Positions 9,772 to 20,182 of a stretch of DNA of 64,000 bases are shown piece by piece. Origin of the DNA: Ignavibacteriales bacterium (GTDB lineage: Bacteria; Bacteroidota; Ignavibacteria; T3Sed10-11). Position 1 is the first letter of the stretch, and the number at the start of each line of letters is the position of its first letter. The position numbers were made by a program, and so were the translations under genes. The stretch is taken from assembly GCA_003568415.1 (NCBI GenBank), contig PWXV01000009.1:7042-71041 (forward strand). The letters run 5' to 3'. The notes below the pieces were generated by a model, which had not been told where the DNA came from, did no database searches, and saw nothing but the letters and a program-made list of their open reading frames with translations.

Positions 9772-10587
9772 TCAGGCGGGCTCTTCCTGGGCTAATTCTC
9801 GTTTTCTCATTGCAACACGGGATATAAATATACTGAATTCATATAAGAGAAGCAACGGAATTGCAAGTATCGCCATACTGACGATATCAGCCGGTGTTAT
9901 GAGCGCTGCTACGATGAGCAACAAAGTATACGCGTGCCGGCGATAAAAACGCATAAATGCCGGGGTTAATATACCGAGTCGCGATAAAAAGAATGAAACC
10001 ATCGGCATTTCAAAAACAAGACCTGCCGCAATCATCAACCTGAGCACAAAACTCATATATTCATTAATTGCTATGGTGTTTTCTATTGCGGTAGTCCCGA
10101 AGCCGGCAAAAAATTGCAATGTTATCGGTAGCATAATAAAATAAGCAAATGCAACACCAATGAAAAAACAAAGCGAGGAAAACGCAACTATTGCAAAAAT
10201 ATACCGTCGTTCGTGTGGGTAAAGACCGGGCTCAATAAATTTCCAGAACTGATATAATATTATCGGAACACTGAGAATAAAACCGCCGAGGAGTACAACC
10301 TGCATATAGACGAGCACCTTGCCGTATGGTTTGAGATTTATAATCGCAAGTGCAGGAGATGCCTGTAATACAGGACGTAACAATACATCCTCAACAAGCC
10401 AGTGCCCGATTATTGCACAAAAGATTGCAGCAACGACAACGCCCCCGAGTGCTTTAATTATTCTCCAGCGTAGCTCCTCGAGATGATCGAGGAAGTGCAT
10501 TTCAACCTTTTTACCACGTTTATTTTCCGGCGGGGTTTCCTGTTCTGTCGTATCTGTCTGATGGTTTGTTTCCTGCTCGGTGTCCAT
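9772..10587 (-). CDS. tatC: twin-arginine translocase subunit TatC
   Basis: 271 aa. HLEELRWRIIK motif followed by six hydrophobic segments. The acidic N-terminal extension makes the start uncertain. Confidence 0.85.
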   Translation of the reverse strand: MDTEQETNHQTDTTEQETPPENKRGKKVEMHFLDHLEELRWRIIKALGGVVVAAIFCAIIGHWLVEDVLLRPVLQASPALAIINLKPYGKVLVYMQVVLLGGFILSVPIILYQFWKFIEPGLYPHERRYIFAIVAFSSLCFFIGVAFAYFIMLPITLQFFAGFGTTAIENTIAINEYMSFVLRLMIAAGLVFEMPMVSFFLSRLGILTPAFMRFYRRHAYTLLLIVAALITPADIVSMAILAIPLLLLYEFSIFISRVAMRKRELAQEEPA

Positions 10588-10601
10588 AGGATATATTGCT
10601 A

Positions 10602-11912
10602 TTAAGCTCTGTCAAATTCGAGTTGGTCGGCATACAGTGGAAATTTGCTGCATAACTCTCCAATTTCTTTTTTTACTAAAACGCGCTCGGCTTCGCTACT
10701 TTTTGTGGCAATGACGCGGTCAATAAAACCGGCAATCATTCTCATTTCATCTTCTTTCATACCCCGTGTTGTCATAGCGGCAGTACCGATGCGAATACCA
10801 CTGGTCACAAATGGTGATTTATCATCAAATGGAACCATATTTTTATTCACGGTTATGCCTGCCTCTTCAAGAATATTTTCGGCATCTTTGCCGGTAATAT
10901 CTTTTGAGCGAAGATCCACAAGCATTAAATGATTATCGGTACCACCAGAAACTACTGAAAACCCCCGGTCCATCAACCCATCGGCAAGCACCTGTGCATT
11001 CTTAATGACCTGTTTTGCATATTCAACAAAACCCGGTTCCAATGCTTCACCGAATGCCACCGCTTTCGCTGCGATAATGTGCATAAATGGTCCACCCTGA
11101 ATCCCGGGCATAACTGTGCTGTCGAATAGTTCAGACATTTTCTTTACGCGGCCGCTCTTCGGTGCAGTTATGCCAAAGGGGTTTTCTTTATCTTTTCCGA
11201 CGAGTAATAAACCACCTCGCGGACCCCGTAATGTTTTATGTGTTGTGGATGTTACCGCATCACAGTAGGGGAGCGGGCTCGTTAATAATTTTGCAGCAAT
11301 AAGACCCGCCGGGTGAGCAATATCCGCAAGTAAAATTGCTCCCACCTGGTCTGCAATCTCACGAAATGCTTTAAAATCAATATCGCGCGAGTAAGCGCTT
11401 CCACCTGTAATTATAAATTTTGGTTTTTCTTTGTTGGCGACATCTTTTACCTGATCATAATCGATACGACCGGTTTGTTTATCGACACCATATGATACGA
11501 TGCGATACATCTTTCCGGAAAAGTTAACCGGTGAACCATGGGTTAGATGTCCGCCGTGCGAAAGATCCATACCTAACACGGTATCGCCCGGTTTTACGGC
11601 AGTGAAATATACTGCCATGTTTGCCTGCGATCCTGAGTGTGGCTGAACATTCGCATATTCAGCGTCGAATAATTTTTTAGCACGATCCCGTGCGATATTC
11701 TCAACCTCATCTACAAATTCGCACCCGCCGTAATAACGTTTGCCGGGATATCCTTCGGCATATTTGTTTGTCATTACCTGTCCGGAAGCTTCCAGGACGG
11801 CTTGACTGACAAAGTTTTCGGATGCAATTAATTCAAGGGTACTATTTTGACGATTATATTCTTTTTGTACGGTTCCAAATACCTCTGCATCTTGTGCTTT
11901 TAAATGTTGCAC
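10602..11912 (-). CDS. glyA: serine hydroxymethyltransferase
   Basis: 436 aa. Contains [24 protein letters not shown] and [14 protein letters not shown] (PLP lysine). GTG start. Confidence 0.95.
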   Translation of the reverse strand: MQHLKAQDAEVFGTVQKEYNRQNSTLELIASENFVSQAVLEASGQVMTNKYAEGYPGKRYYGGCEFVDEVENIARDRAKKLFDAEYANVQPHSGSQANMAVYFTAVKPGDTVLGMDLSHGGHLTHGSPVNFSGKMYRIVSYGVDKQTGRIDYDQVKDVANKEKPKFIITGGSAYSRDIDFKAFREIADQVGAILLADIAHPAGLIAAKLLTSPLPYCDAVTSTTHKTLRGPRGGLLLVGKDKENPFGITAPKSGRVKKMSELFDSTVMPGIQGGPFMHIIAAKAVAFGEALEPGFVEYAKQVIKNAQVLADGLMDRGFSVVSGGTDNHLMLVDLRSKDITGKDAENILEEAGITVNKNMVPFDDKSPFVTSGIRIGTAAMTTRGMKEDEMRMIAGFIDRVIATKSSEAERVLVKKEIGELCSKFPLYADQLEFDRA

Positions 11913-11945
11913 TATTCTCCCTTATAGTAATGAAACATTGATGAA

Positions 11946-12383
11946 TTATTTTTTGGTGAGCGAATGAATTTTTTCAACGCGATCGGCGTGGCGGCCACCT
12001 TCAAATTCCGTATCAAGAAATACCGTAATAATTTCGACTGCCGTGTCCCAGCCAATTAACCGTTCACCGATTGTAAGAACATTAGCGTTGTTATGTAACC
12101 GGGCAAGACGGGCTGCTTCGGGTATCTGGCACATAGCAGCACGAACACCCTTGTGTTTGTTTGCCACTATTCCCACACCGATGCCCGTACCACAAACAAA
12201 AATACCTCTCTCACATTCTCCTTGAGAGATTGCCTCAGAAGCAGCGTGAGCAAAATCGGGATAATCTGAACGCTCATCTGAAGATGCGCCATAATCCTTA
12301 AAGGAGATCCCACGTTGTTGCAGGATCTCCTTTATTTTTTCTTTAAACGTATAACCGGCGTGATCGCTTGCAATTGCTATCAT
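11946..12383 (-). CDS. rpiB: ribose-5-phosphate isomerase B
   Basis: 145 aa. Contains IAIASDHAGY and GIFVCGTGIGVGIVANK. Confidence 0.9.
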   Translation of the reverse strand: MIAIASDHAGYTFKEKIKEILQQRGISFKDYGASSDERSDYPDFAHAASEAISQGECERGIFVCGTGIGVGIVANKHKGVRAAMCQIPEAARLARLHNNANVLTIGERLIGWDTAVEIITVFLDTEFEGGRHADRVEKIHSLTKK

Positions 12384-12392
12384 ATTCTACGA

Positions 12393-13724
12393 TTATCTAA
12401 AATGTGCGGGTACAGTGATCTCTTCGTTGATCCATTCATAGCAGTTTCCGAAAATGGCTATTTTTCCATTACTGATCAGATCACGATTAAAGAAATAATC
12501 TTCATCCTGAGGAATGAGATTATCTAAAAACTGTGCTCGTTCCTGTGCACGACGTGCAACTCGTTGATCGATTTGCGCTGCTCGTTGGTAATATTCCTGA
12601 GCAAGTTTATAGACAATTCTATCTTCAAGTTGCATATTTGCCCAACCACCTTTTGTATTAACAACACATCTTTCAATCACTTCTTCATATATGGTAGCGA
12701 TCTCTATTAATGGTTCACCCCAACTCGGGTCCATACGTTGCGCACGCCTTGCATATTCGCGTGCCTGCCGATGATTACCAAGTTGCCGGTAACCCTGCGC
12801 TATGTTCAATGGAATTGCGCGATCGTCGGGTTTTAACCGCATTAACTGACTGTATGCACGAATCGCCTCGCGGGTTTGATTTGTTCGCTCGTACAAGCGT
12901 GCAAGTTCATTCCAGTATGTTTCCGATTCAGGGCGTAGTTCGGTTAATTTTTGGACATGCGGTATAGCCTTTTGATATTCTTGTGCAGCATTGTATGCCT
13001 GCACGAGGCTCCATATGTTTGCCGGATTATCTGGATCGGTTCTAAGTGTTTCCTCAGCTAGCCGGATTAATTCCTGCGGATCACGAACCAGGCGGCGTAG
13101 TCGCTCCATTGCTGTCGCGCTATCGGGGTCACGTTCGGTCAAGTATTTCTGATAAAGGTCTATTGCTCGCTGTTCATAATCATTGTCCGGACCACGATTA
13201 TCCATTAAAAGATTGCCGAGTCGATCAATATATTGGAAATCAATGTTATCAAAATCTAATTCAACCGCTTTCTGATAAGTTCTTATTGATTCCTCAATTT
13301 TCGGTGGTGAATAATAGTTATCATAAAAGTGCGCCTTTTGCAGATAATAGGTATTCGCGCGATCAGGCAGATGCTCAATACCTCTCTGAAAGATGTAAAT
13401 AATAGTATCGACATACGCAACCTGTTTTTCCGTATCGTCGGTTTGCAGATATAACTGTCGATAACACTCTGCAAGGTTACCGTAGAGCGCTCTGAACCTT
13501 GTAGGATGGAGTTCCATTACTTTCCATCCGTACGGAATTGCTCGTTCATAATAACCGTTTCGGTAGTCTTCGAAGAATAGACTCCAGTTCATAAGAACCT
13601 GCTGCATATCGACTTGATCAAGTGTATCAGCCGATGCCGATTCGGTTGAAACCGCCTGGTTTGGCATGCCTAAAGCTACCAGACAGACGAATATTAAACT
13701 AATTAACGTTTTCAAGGCTACCAC
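12393..13724 (-). CDS. secreted tetratricopeptide-repeat protein
   Basis: 443 aa. N-terminal signal-like hydrophobic segment and multiple TPR-like A/Y/L-spaced helices. The start may instead be the TTG 9 nt downstream, behind GAGGTG. Confidence 0.6.
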   Translation of the reverse strand: MVALKTLISLIFVCLVALGMPNQAVSTESASADTLDQVDMQQVLMNWSLFFEDYRNGYYERAIPYGWKVMELHPTRFRALYGNLAECYRQLYLQTDDTEKQVAYVDTIIYIFQRGIEHLPDRANTYYLQKAHFYDNYYSPPKIEESIRTYQKAVELDFDNIDFQYIDRLGNLLMDNRGPDNDYEQRAIDLYQKYLTERDPDSATAMERLRRLVRDPQELIRLAEETLRTDPDNPANIWSLVQAYNAAQEYQKAIPHVQKLTELRPESETYWNELARLYERTNQTREAIRAYSQLMRLKPDDRAIPLNIAQGYRQLGNHRQAREYARRAQRMDPSWGEPLIEIATIYEEVIERCVVNTKGGWANMQLEDRIVYKLAQEYYQRAAQIDQRVARRAQERAQFLDNLIPQDEDYFFNRDLISNGKIAIFGNCYEWINEEITVPAHFR

Positions 13725-13769
13725 CTCATTGTAAACAATGAATAGATATACTATTATTTATTTTCATTT

Positions 13770-15026
13770 TCACTCTATTCTTGGCGGTACGAACCAACGC
13801 TCAAACATATTCAGTGAAAAATACACTCTAAAAAGGGTGTCGCGTTGAAGATTGTTATCTGTTGTTCCACGCACACCAACTTGTGCTCCTATATCTAAAA
13901 CAGCAATTCCACTAAGCGGAATTCCCATACCAAAGGTAACGAGCGTTTCATTTATCGGGGTTCCCCGAATATTAAAATACGAAGCATTGTATAAAAACCC
14001 TAATCGAAATGTTGTTCTTTCAAAAAATCCGCTGCCTATTTCTTGCCGTCCGTGTCGCTCCCATCCAGCCCCGAATCTGTATGAATTACGGAGCTGATTA
14101 TCCGGATTCCCGAACTTCCTAAAATCTTCCCAGGGTTCGTACCGCAGGTCAATCGCGATAGTATTCCGGCGGTCAATATTATAGCTAATACCTATACCGG
14201 CTATATACGGCAGTTCGATTGTACCGGTTCGTGTGGTCGTAGTATCCACACCAATATCATAATTTATTGTGTAATCTTCTTCTACATTAAGTCGTGATGG
14301 TGTTGTAAAAGTAAGTCCAATCGTCAATGGTCCCGGCTGATTTTCTTGCCGCGAAGGTAACAATCCGCTGAAATTAATACCGAAATGTCCGGCAAGACCA
14401 TTTACATCCAGATCACGAAGCGTATATCCGGAACTATAGCCGGGTAATGTATATTGATTGCTCCATTCATATGTTAAAATACCCATTCTATACATTGCCA
14501 TAGCACCGATTGACAGGTTTCTGCTAAAACGGTAGGAGGTTCCGGCATATATATTTGTAATACCTCCTGACCCACGATGTTCGGTTATCTGACTACCATC
14601 TTCGATTTCACGTGTTGTTTCTATATTATAACCAACCCTGGTCATTGGTGCGAATCCGAGGGATAACGTAATTCCCCGGGATGGCATAACCGGCATAGCC
14701 AGTGTAGCTCCATTAATAGTACCGGTGCCAATGCCTCCGGTATTAATGCCATCGTCGAAATTGATGTTTTCATAGAATAACGAACCGGTAAATTGTACAA
14801 CCTGCAAATCACTCCAGGCTGCCGGATTAGAGAGGTTTAAATTACCGGGGCCACGAAGTGCAAGCCCTGTACCTCCCATACCCAATGATCGTACACTTCC
14901 CATATGAAGGCGTTCACCAACTCCAAACCGGGAGTATGCGGATCCTCCGGTTGCCCATGCTATTTCCAGGCCGAAAAAGAGTAAAATCGTAATTATTGTA
15001 ATCTTGCGTAGATGCATTTTCTCCAT
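13770..15026 (-). CDS. outer-membrane beta-barrel protein, FadL/PorV-like
   Basis: 418 aa. Signal peptide, a hatch-like RSLGMGGTGLAL...NPAAW motif, and alternating aromatic/Gly beta-strand pattern throughout. Confidence 0.45.
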   Translation of the reverse strand: MEKMHLRKITIITILLFFGLEIAWATGGSAYSRFGVGERLHMGSVRSLGMGGTGLALRGPGNLNLSNPAAWSDLQVVQFTGSLFYENINFDDGINTGGIGTGTINGATLAMPVMPSRGITLSLGFAPMTRVGYNIETTREIEDGSQITEHRGSGGITNIYAGTSYRFSRNLSIGAMAMYRMGILTYEWSNQYTLPGYSSGYTLRDLDVNGLAGHFGINFSGLLPSRQENQPGPLTIGLTFTTPSRLNVEEDYTINYDIGVDTTTTRTGTIELPYIAGIGISYNIDRRNTIAIDLRYEPWEDFRKFGNPDNQLRNSYRFGAGWERHGRQEIGSGFFERTTFRLGFLYNASYFNIRGTPINETLVTFGMGIPLSGIAVLDIGAQVGVRGTTDNNLQRDTLFRVYFSLNMFERWFVPPRIE

Positions 15027-15039
15027 ACCCTCTTAATTT

Positions 15040-16215
15040 TTACAAACGTGAATAAATAATCTTCAACCGTGGCCTTTTTGTTGCATCTTCCGCCTGCTCT
15101 GTATAAAAGGACGTTCGATGTAATCCAAGTGTTTCATGATCGTCACGTATGATTAACCCATTATTATCTTCGACCGTAGCCCACGCCTGGGTAATTTCAC
15201 TGACGGTTGCCCTGTAAATTGTTGTGTTTTCGCCGGTTTCAACACGAATAAGTTCACCCCGGTTTGCTTCCCGAACAGTAAATTTGTTGACATCAATAAT
15301 GTGATGGGCGAACAAGCTGTCAACGATTGTCGGGTGCGGTATGCTCAAGTCAGGATTTTTTGTCAATTCAAGCTGTGCATTATGAATCAATGCACCTCTC
15401 GGTAATTCACTAATATCAAAACGAACAATAGCGCGGGTTGCCGTGCCGGCCTGAACAATGAGATTGTTCTGTAAATCGGGATCATCTTTCAAATTAGCCG
15501 CAAATGCACGGGCATTGCGTGAGAAAACAACAGTATCCTGTTCTTCCTCAGAGCCATAAATGATTCGTAACCGTGGTGCATTATCATCGGCCGAACCACC
15601 GAATCCGATAATACCGTTAGCATCTTCGTTACTTTTAAGTATTAAACCCTGCGGTATCACTGATTGTTCACCTTTTTCAGCCCACTTGCGCATAAGAGGG
15701 CGAGGAAGTGAGAACTCAACCGCATTCGTGTCACCGAGCATTACCGAACTGGTATACAGCGATTCGTTCCCGCGGTTAATTATTTCAAACACGTCACGGT
15801 TAAAACCTTCAGGTGACCAACCACTTAGCACTTCAAAGAGCTCAACTGAAATCGTTTCAGTTGAATCACCTAGATAATATTCCGGAGTGAGGTAGAGTGT
15901 AGCATCAAACACCTCTGATGCATCAATAGTATCCGGTGTTATATTTCGATCGGTAAGCAACGAATCGAACCGGAAAATACTCATAACTCGTTTCTTTTCA
16001 TTTTCACCGACAAATAGTGTGGGTGAACCGCCTGTAGTGGTCGGTACATCAACTGAGAAAGATTCATATGCATCGATGATCAATGTATCGATAGCGATAA
16101 AATCCTCATCAGGTAATATTCCCTCGCCGACAGAAGTCGGGTCTTCATCACACCCTGTCGTGAACGTTATCAGTATTATAACGGCACCCAGCAATAATAA
16201 TAATTCAGGTCTCAC
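15040..16215 (-). CDS. lipoprotein, DUF4270-like
   Basis: 391 aa. Lipobox ...FTTGC followed by DEDPTSVGEGILPDED. Composition and position next to glgA recall the DUF4270 lipoproteins of Bacteroidota. This was not verified by search. Confidence 0.4.
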   Translation of the reverse strand: MRPELLLLLGAVIILITFTTGCDEDPTSVGEGILPDEDFIAIDTLIIDAYESFSVDVPTTTGGSPTLFVGENEKKRVMSIFRFDSLLTDRNITPDTIDASEVFDATLYLTPEYYLGDSTETISVELFEVLSGWSPEGFNRDVFEIINRGNESLYTSSVMLGDTNAVEFSLPRPLMRKWAEKGEQSVIPQGLILKSNEDANGIIGFGGSADDNAPRLRIIYGSEEEQDTVVFSRNARAFAANLKDDPDLQNNLIVQAGTATRAIVRFDISELPRGALIHNAQLELTKNPDLSIPHPTIVDSLFAHHIIDVNKFTVREANRGELIRVETGENTTIYRATVSEITQAWATVEDNNGLIIRDDHETLGLHRTSFYTEQAEDATKRPRLKIIYSRL

Positions 16216-16221
16216 GTTTCT

Positions 16222-16815
16222 CTACCACATCCTTTCCTGTTTTTTCCATTCCTTACATTTTTGTTCTATAAATGACATACTATCATATAAAGATGATACG
16301 ACAATATCAACACCCTCCGGTTTCTTATCCCGGTTAGCCAGCAGGGTGGAGCCATACCCGGTCATCACTAAAACAGTAGCAGCGCCAATTCGATTCCCTG
16401 CCTCAATATCACTCATGCGGTCACCCACCATAATCGACTGATTTAGATTAATATTGTGTTCACGAACGGCTTTCTCAAACATACCGGTATTTGGTTTGCG
16501 GCAGGAGCACTCGTTATCGTTTGATGGATAATGCGGACAATAGTAGATAGCGTCAATCACCGCTCCTTCATCGTTGAGCATTCCCAATAATCGGGCATTG
16601 ACGTTTTCCACATCATCTTCTGTCATAATACCACGGGCAACACCTGATTGATTTGAGACAACAATGGTCTTCAAATTCATTCTCCGGGCTTCACGAATTA
16701 CCGTGGCTGCTCCGGGAATTAGTTCGAGGTCAACCGGGTCTTTAATAAAATTTTTCTCCACGTTAATCGTCCCGTCCCTATCAAGAAATAAACAGCTATG
16801 CAGACCCGTCATCAC
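16222..16815 (-). CDS. gmhB: HAD-IIIA phosphatase, D,D-heptose 1,7-bisphosphate phosphatase-like
   Basis: 197 aa. Contains FLDRDGTIN, SNQSGVARG, CPHYPSNDNECSCRKP (Zn loop) and VGDRMSD. 4-nt overlap with glgA. Confidence 0.75.
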   Translation of the reverse strand: MMTGLHSCLFLDRDGTINVEKNFIKDPVDLELIPGAATVIREARRMNLKTIVVSNQSGVARGIMTEDDVENVNARLLGMLNDEGAVIDAIYYCPHYPSNDNECSCRKPNTGMFEKAVREHNINLNQSIMVGDRMSDIEAGNRIGAATVLVMTGYGSTLLANRDKKPEGVDIVVSSLYDSMSFIEQKCKEWKKQERMW

Positions 16816-18299
16816 TTTTTTAACAATTTTTTATATAAGGAAATATACTGTTTTGCAGAACGCTCCCAGGAGAAATCTTTTTCCATCGCCTGCTTAACAA
16901 TTTTATTCCACTTTTTTTCATCCTGATAAGCTTTAAGCGCACGTTCAATTGTTTCTAACAATGCTTTACTATCATACGGTTCAAATTTAAATCCGGTACC
17001 CTTTCCGTTTCGCAGATCGACATCATCCACAGTATCATCTAGTCCGCCAGTTGCCCGAACAATGGGTATCGTGCCGTACCGCATACTGTAGATTTGATTT
17101 AATCCGCATGGTTCATAGCGTGACGGCATAAGAAACATATCACTGCCCGCTTCGATTAAGTGGGCCAGTGTATTGTCATACGCTAATTTCACACCGACTT
17201 TATCGGGATGTTTTGATGCAAGCTTTGAGAATAATTTTTGATATCGTTTCTCACCTGTACCAAGCACAATAAGTTTCACATCTTGTTTGATAATATTTTG
17301 TGCGATATCTTCAATAAGATCGAATCCCTTTTGATCCACAAGCCGGGAAATGATACCTATTACGGGTGAATCTTCATCAGCCGGTAATTTAAAGCTTTCG
17401 AGTAAGGCTTTTTTATTTTCTTTCTTTTCGTGTATAGTTTTACTTGTGTATTGCTGCGGTATCAATTCGTCAACAGACGGATCCCAGACTGAATAATCGA
17501 CACCGTTTAATATTCCATGAAGATCTTTTCGGCGCTTCTTAAGCAATTCCTTCAGACCAAATCCCAGTTCGTCATCGGTGCTGATTTCCTCAGCGTATCG
17601 CTCACTGACGGTTGTCAGCACATCGGCAAATTGAATGCCGGCCTTCATCAAATTGATAACGTCTCCGGTTGCGATGCCGGTTGATTCATTGAAAAGGTCT
17701 TCAGGCAATCCTGTTTTATCAAATGATGATTTTGGGAATACACCCTGGTATGCAAGATTGTGTATCGTGTAAACCGTTTTCACTTTGCTGAAGAAAGGAT
17801 CATCTTTGTATATGGTCTTTAAATATGCCGGAATCAAACCCGTCTGCCAGTCATTACAATGAATAATATCCGGTTTCCATCCCAGTCGTTTCAATGTTTC
17901 GAGAGCTCCGCGACAAAAAGCTATAAACCGCTCATCATTATCGGGATAATCCTTATTGGATTTGGGATCGAAATATAAACCATTACGACTAAAATATTTC
18001 GGCAAGTCGAAAAAGTACACCTGAACTTTAATACGCTGGTTAGTAATAAAGGAACTTTTTATACTTGCCATTTGAGTTTTACCACCGATAGGAACCGGGA
18101 TATCACGTAAACGAATGACATCGTAAATATTAAACTTTCGTTCTCCGATAAAACCGTATTTCGGGAGAATAATTCGAATATCGTGACCGAGTTCCCTGAT
18201 AACCTGCGGGAAAGCTCCGGCAACATCGGCTAAACCACCGGTTTTTGCAAAGGGTTCTACCTCGCTTGCGACATACAGAATACTCTGTGACTTTGGCAT
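16812..18299 (-). CDS. glgA: glycogen synthase (GT5)
   Basis: 495 aa. Contains ILYVASEVEPFAKTGGLADV and YEPCGLNQIYSMRYGTIPIVRATGGLDDTV. Confidence 0.9.
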   Translation of the reverse strand: MPKSQSILYVASEVEPFAKTGGLADVAGAFPQVIRELGHDIRIILPKYGFIGERKFNIYDVIRLRDIPVPIGGKTQMASIKSSFITNQRIKVQVYFFDLPKYFSRNGLYFDPKSNKDYPDNDERFIAFCRGALETLKRLGWKPDIIHCNDWQTGLIPAYLKTIYKDDPFFSKVKTVYTIHNLAYQGVFPKSSFDKTGLPEDLFNESTGIATGDVINLMKAGIQFADVLTTVSERYAEEISTDDELGFGLKELLKKRRKDLHGILNGVDYSVWDPSVDELIPQQYTSKTIHEKKENKKALLESFKLPADEDSPVIGIISRLVDQKGFDLIEDIAQNIIKQDVKLIVLGTGEKRYQKLFSKLASKHPDKVGVKLAYDNTLAHLIEAGSDMFLMPSRYEPCGLNQIYSMRYGTIPIVRATGGLDDTVDDVDLRNGKGTGFKFEPYDSKALLETIERALKAYQDEKKWNKIVKQAMEKDFSWERSAKQYISLYKKLLKK

Positions 18300-18385
18300 C
18301 TTAATCCGTGAATTTCCGCTGTAAAATATTATAATTTAATGATTTATTGCAAAAATTGCAACTAAGTCAATAATCTATTCCCTTA

Positions 18386-19297
18386 TTATGCTTTTTTTGC
18401 TAATATTTGACCATAACGTAGTCCTCTCGAACTGACAATTATTGAATTTTGCTGCAGGAATGATAAATATGCTTTGAGGATAATTATACCGGCAAGTAAG
18501 ATATCTTCGCGACCGGATATAATTTGGGGTATTCTTTTCATCTCTTCGAGTGAATAGCCCGAAAATTTACTGAATAGCGAATCGATTGTTTCTTTTGATA
18601 ATGTAAAATTATCAATCGATTCGGGTGAAAAATGTTCAAGTTGTTTGACAATTGCCGCAAGGGTAGTAACCGTTCCGGCTACTCCGATGAGTTTGTCGAT
18701 TTTGTAATTTTGTGACTGTTCCCTTATAAAATTGTTTATATGATTGGTAGCAGCAACTATGTTTGAATGAGCAGGAGGGAGTACCGGAAAGTATTGTTCT
18801 GTTAATCGAACACATCCAATGTCTATGCTGCTTCGAGATACCATAGAGCCGGCTTTGCCAACAACAAGTTCCGTGCTGCCACCACCAATATCAAGGATAC
18901 CGACAGGTTCATTTGTCTGTGGTACACCGCTAAGTGCACCGTAATACGTGTATTCAGCTTCTTTTTCGCCACTGATGATTTCAACATGCATATCGGTTTT
19001 TTGTTTTATTATTTGTAATACTTCTTCACAGTTACGTGCATCGCGGAGCGCACTGGTACCGCAGGCAAATATTTTCGATGCATGCAATTCATATGCCTTA
19101 TGTTTGAATGAGTGAAGAACTTCGATGACACGATCTATCGAATCCTGAGTAATTGCACGATTTGCATCGACACCTTTTCCCAGCCGGGGTAATTTTTGTC
19201 CTTCGTAAACAGGGGTGAGTGTGCCATCATCGTGAAGGTCTGCTACAACCATCAATATCGTATTTGTTCCAATATCAATTGATGCGTATCGATTCAT
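18386..19297 (-). CDS. Ppx/GppA-family phosphatase (actin-like ATPase fold only)
   Basis: 303 aa. Contains IDIGTNTILMVV and LDIGGGSTE. Confidence 0.8.
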   Translation of the reverse strand: MNRYASIDIGTNTILMVVADLHDDGTLTPVYEGQKLPRLGKGVDANRAITQDSIDRVIEVLHSFKHKAYELHASKIFACGTSALRDARNCEEVLQIIKQKTDMHVEIISGEKEAEYTYYGALSGVPQTNEPVGILDIGGGSTELVVGKAGSMVSRSSIDIGCVRLTEQYFPVLPPAHSNIVAATNHINNFIREQSQNYKIDKLIGVAGTVTTLAAIVKQLEHFSPESIDNFTLSKETIDSLFSKFSGYSLEEMKRIPQIISGREDILLAGIIILKAYLSFLQQNSIIVSSRGLRYGQILAKKA

Positions 19298-20169
19298 TGT
19301 TTTTGTAATGCAATTGCTATCCAGGTATCAGCGGTTTTAGATTGGCGTTTAATAGTTTTTTCTATCGATAACTTTTTCCTGATACCCGCTTGTTCAATGT
19401 ATTGATAATCTTCTTCGAGTAATCCCGATAAAAGTAACATACCGGTTTTACTTACGTGCATCGTTATAAGATCAAACATCTCAAGAATTGTTTTTCTTTC
19501 TATGTTCGCAATAACCAGATCAAAGGATATAGAAGCTATATCAGATATGGCAGCTAGTTCTCCGGTATACATCCGGATGATATTTTGTAATCCGTTTATC
19601 CGGCAATTTTCTAATGCATCGTTAATTGCATCCTGATCGGTATCAATGCCAACTACAGGTCCGGCACCCATTTTGGCTGCAACTATTGCAAGGATTCCAG
19701 AGCCTGTTCCCACATCCAGTACTGACTTACCGGGCCCCATATAATCCCGGAGTAATTCTATCATCATCTGGGTCGTTTCATGGTGCCCGGTACCGAACGA
19801 CATTTTTGGATCTATAATGACATCAATGGTATCATCCGATGCATCTATAGTTTGCCAGGAGGGATGGATAATAATATTTTTACCGATATAAATGGGTTCA
19901 ATTGTTCGTTCCCACTGTTCCTGCCAATTTTGCGGATGAACACCCTGTACTTCAAGCTTATAAGATTGGATTAATCCCTGAGTTTGATATGATTCTAATT
20001 TCTTGCCAATTTTTTTGTAAAGTGAATCATCCCACCTGTTTGAAGGCATGAATGCATGTAATGCCTGGTCGGAATCGGTAAAACTTTCAAAGTTTAACAT
20101 CAAAAGGTCGCCGATAAGACTTTCACGTACAGATTCATCGACATAAATAATGAGTTCTTTATATATCAT
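19294..20169 (-). CDS. prmA: ribosomal protein L11 methyltransferase
   Basis: 291 aa. Contains FGTGHHETT and the SAM motif VLDVGTGSGILAI. Confidence 0.85.
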   Translation of the reverse strand: MIYKELIIYVDESVRESLIGDLLMLNFESFTDSDQALHAFMPSNRWDDSLYKKIGKKLESYQTQGLIQSYKLEVQGVHPQNWQEQWERTIEPIYIGKNIIIHPSWQTIDASDDTIDVIIDPKMSFGTGHHETTQMMIELLRDYMGPGKSVLDVGTGSGILAIVAAKMGAGPVVGIDTDQDAINDALENCRINGLQNIIRMYTGELAAISDIASISFDLVIANIERKTILEMFDLITMHVSKTGMLLLSGLLEEDYQYIEQAGIRKKLSIEKTIKRQSKTADTWIAIALQKQ

Positions 20170-20182
20170 CCCCGACGGTTCC

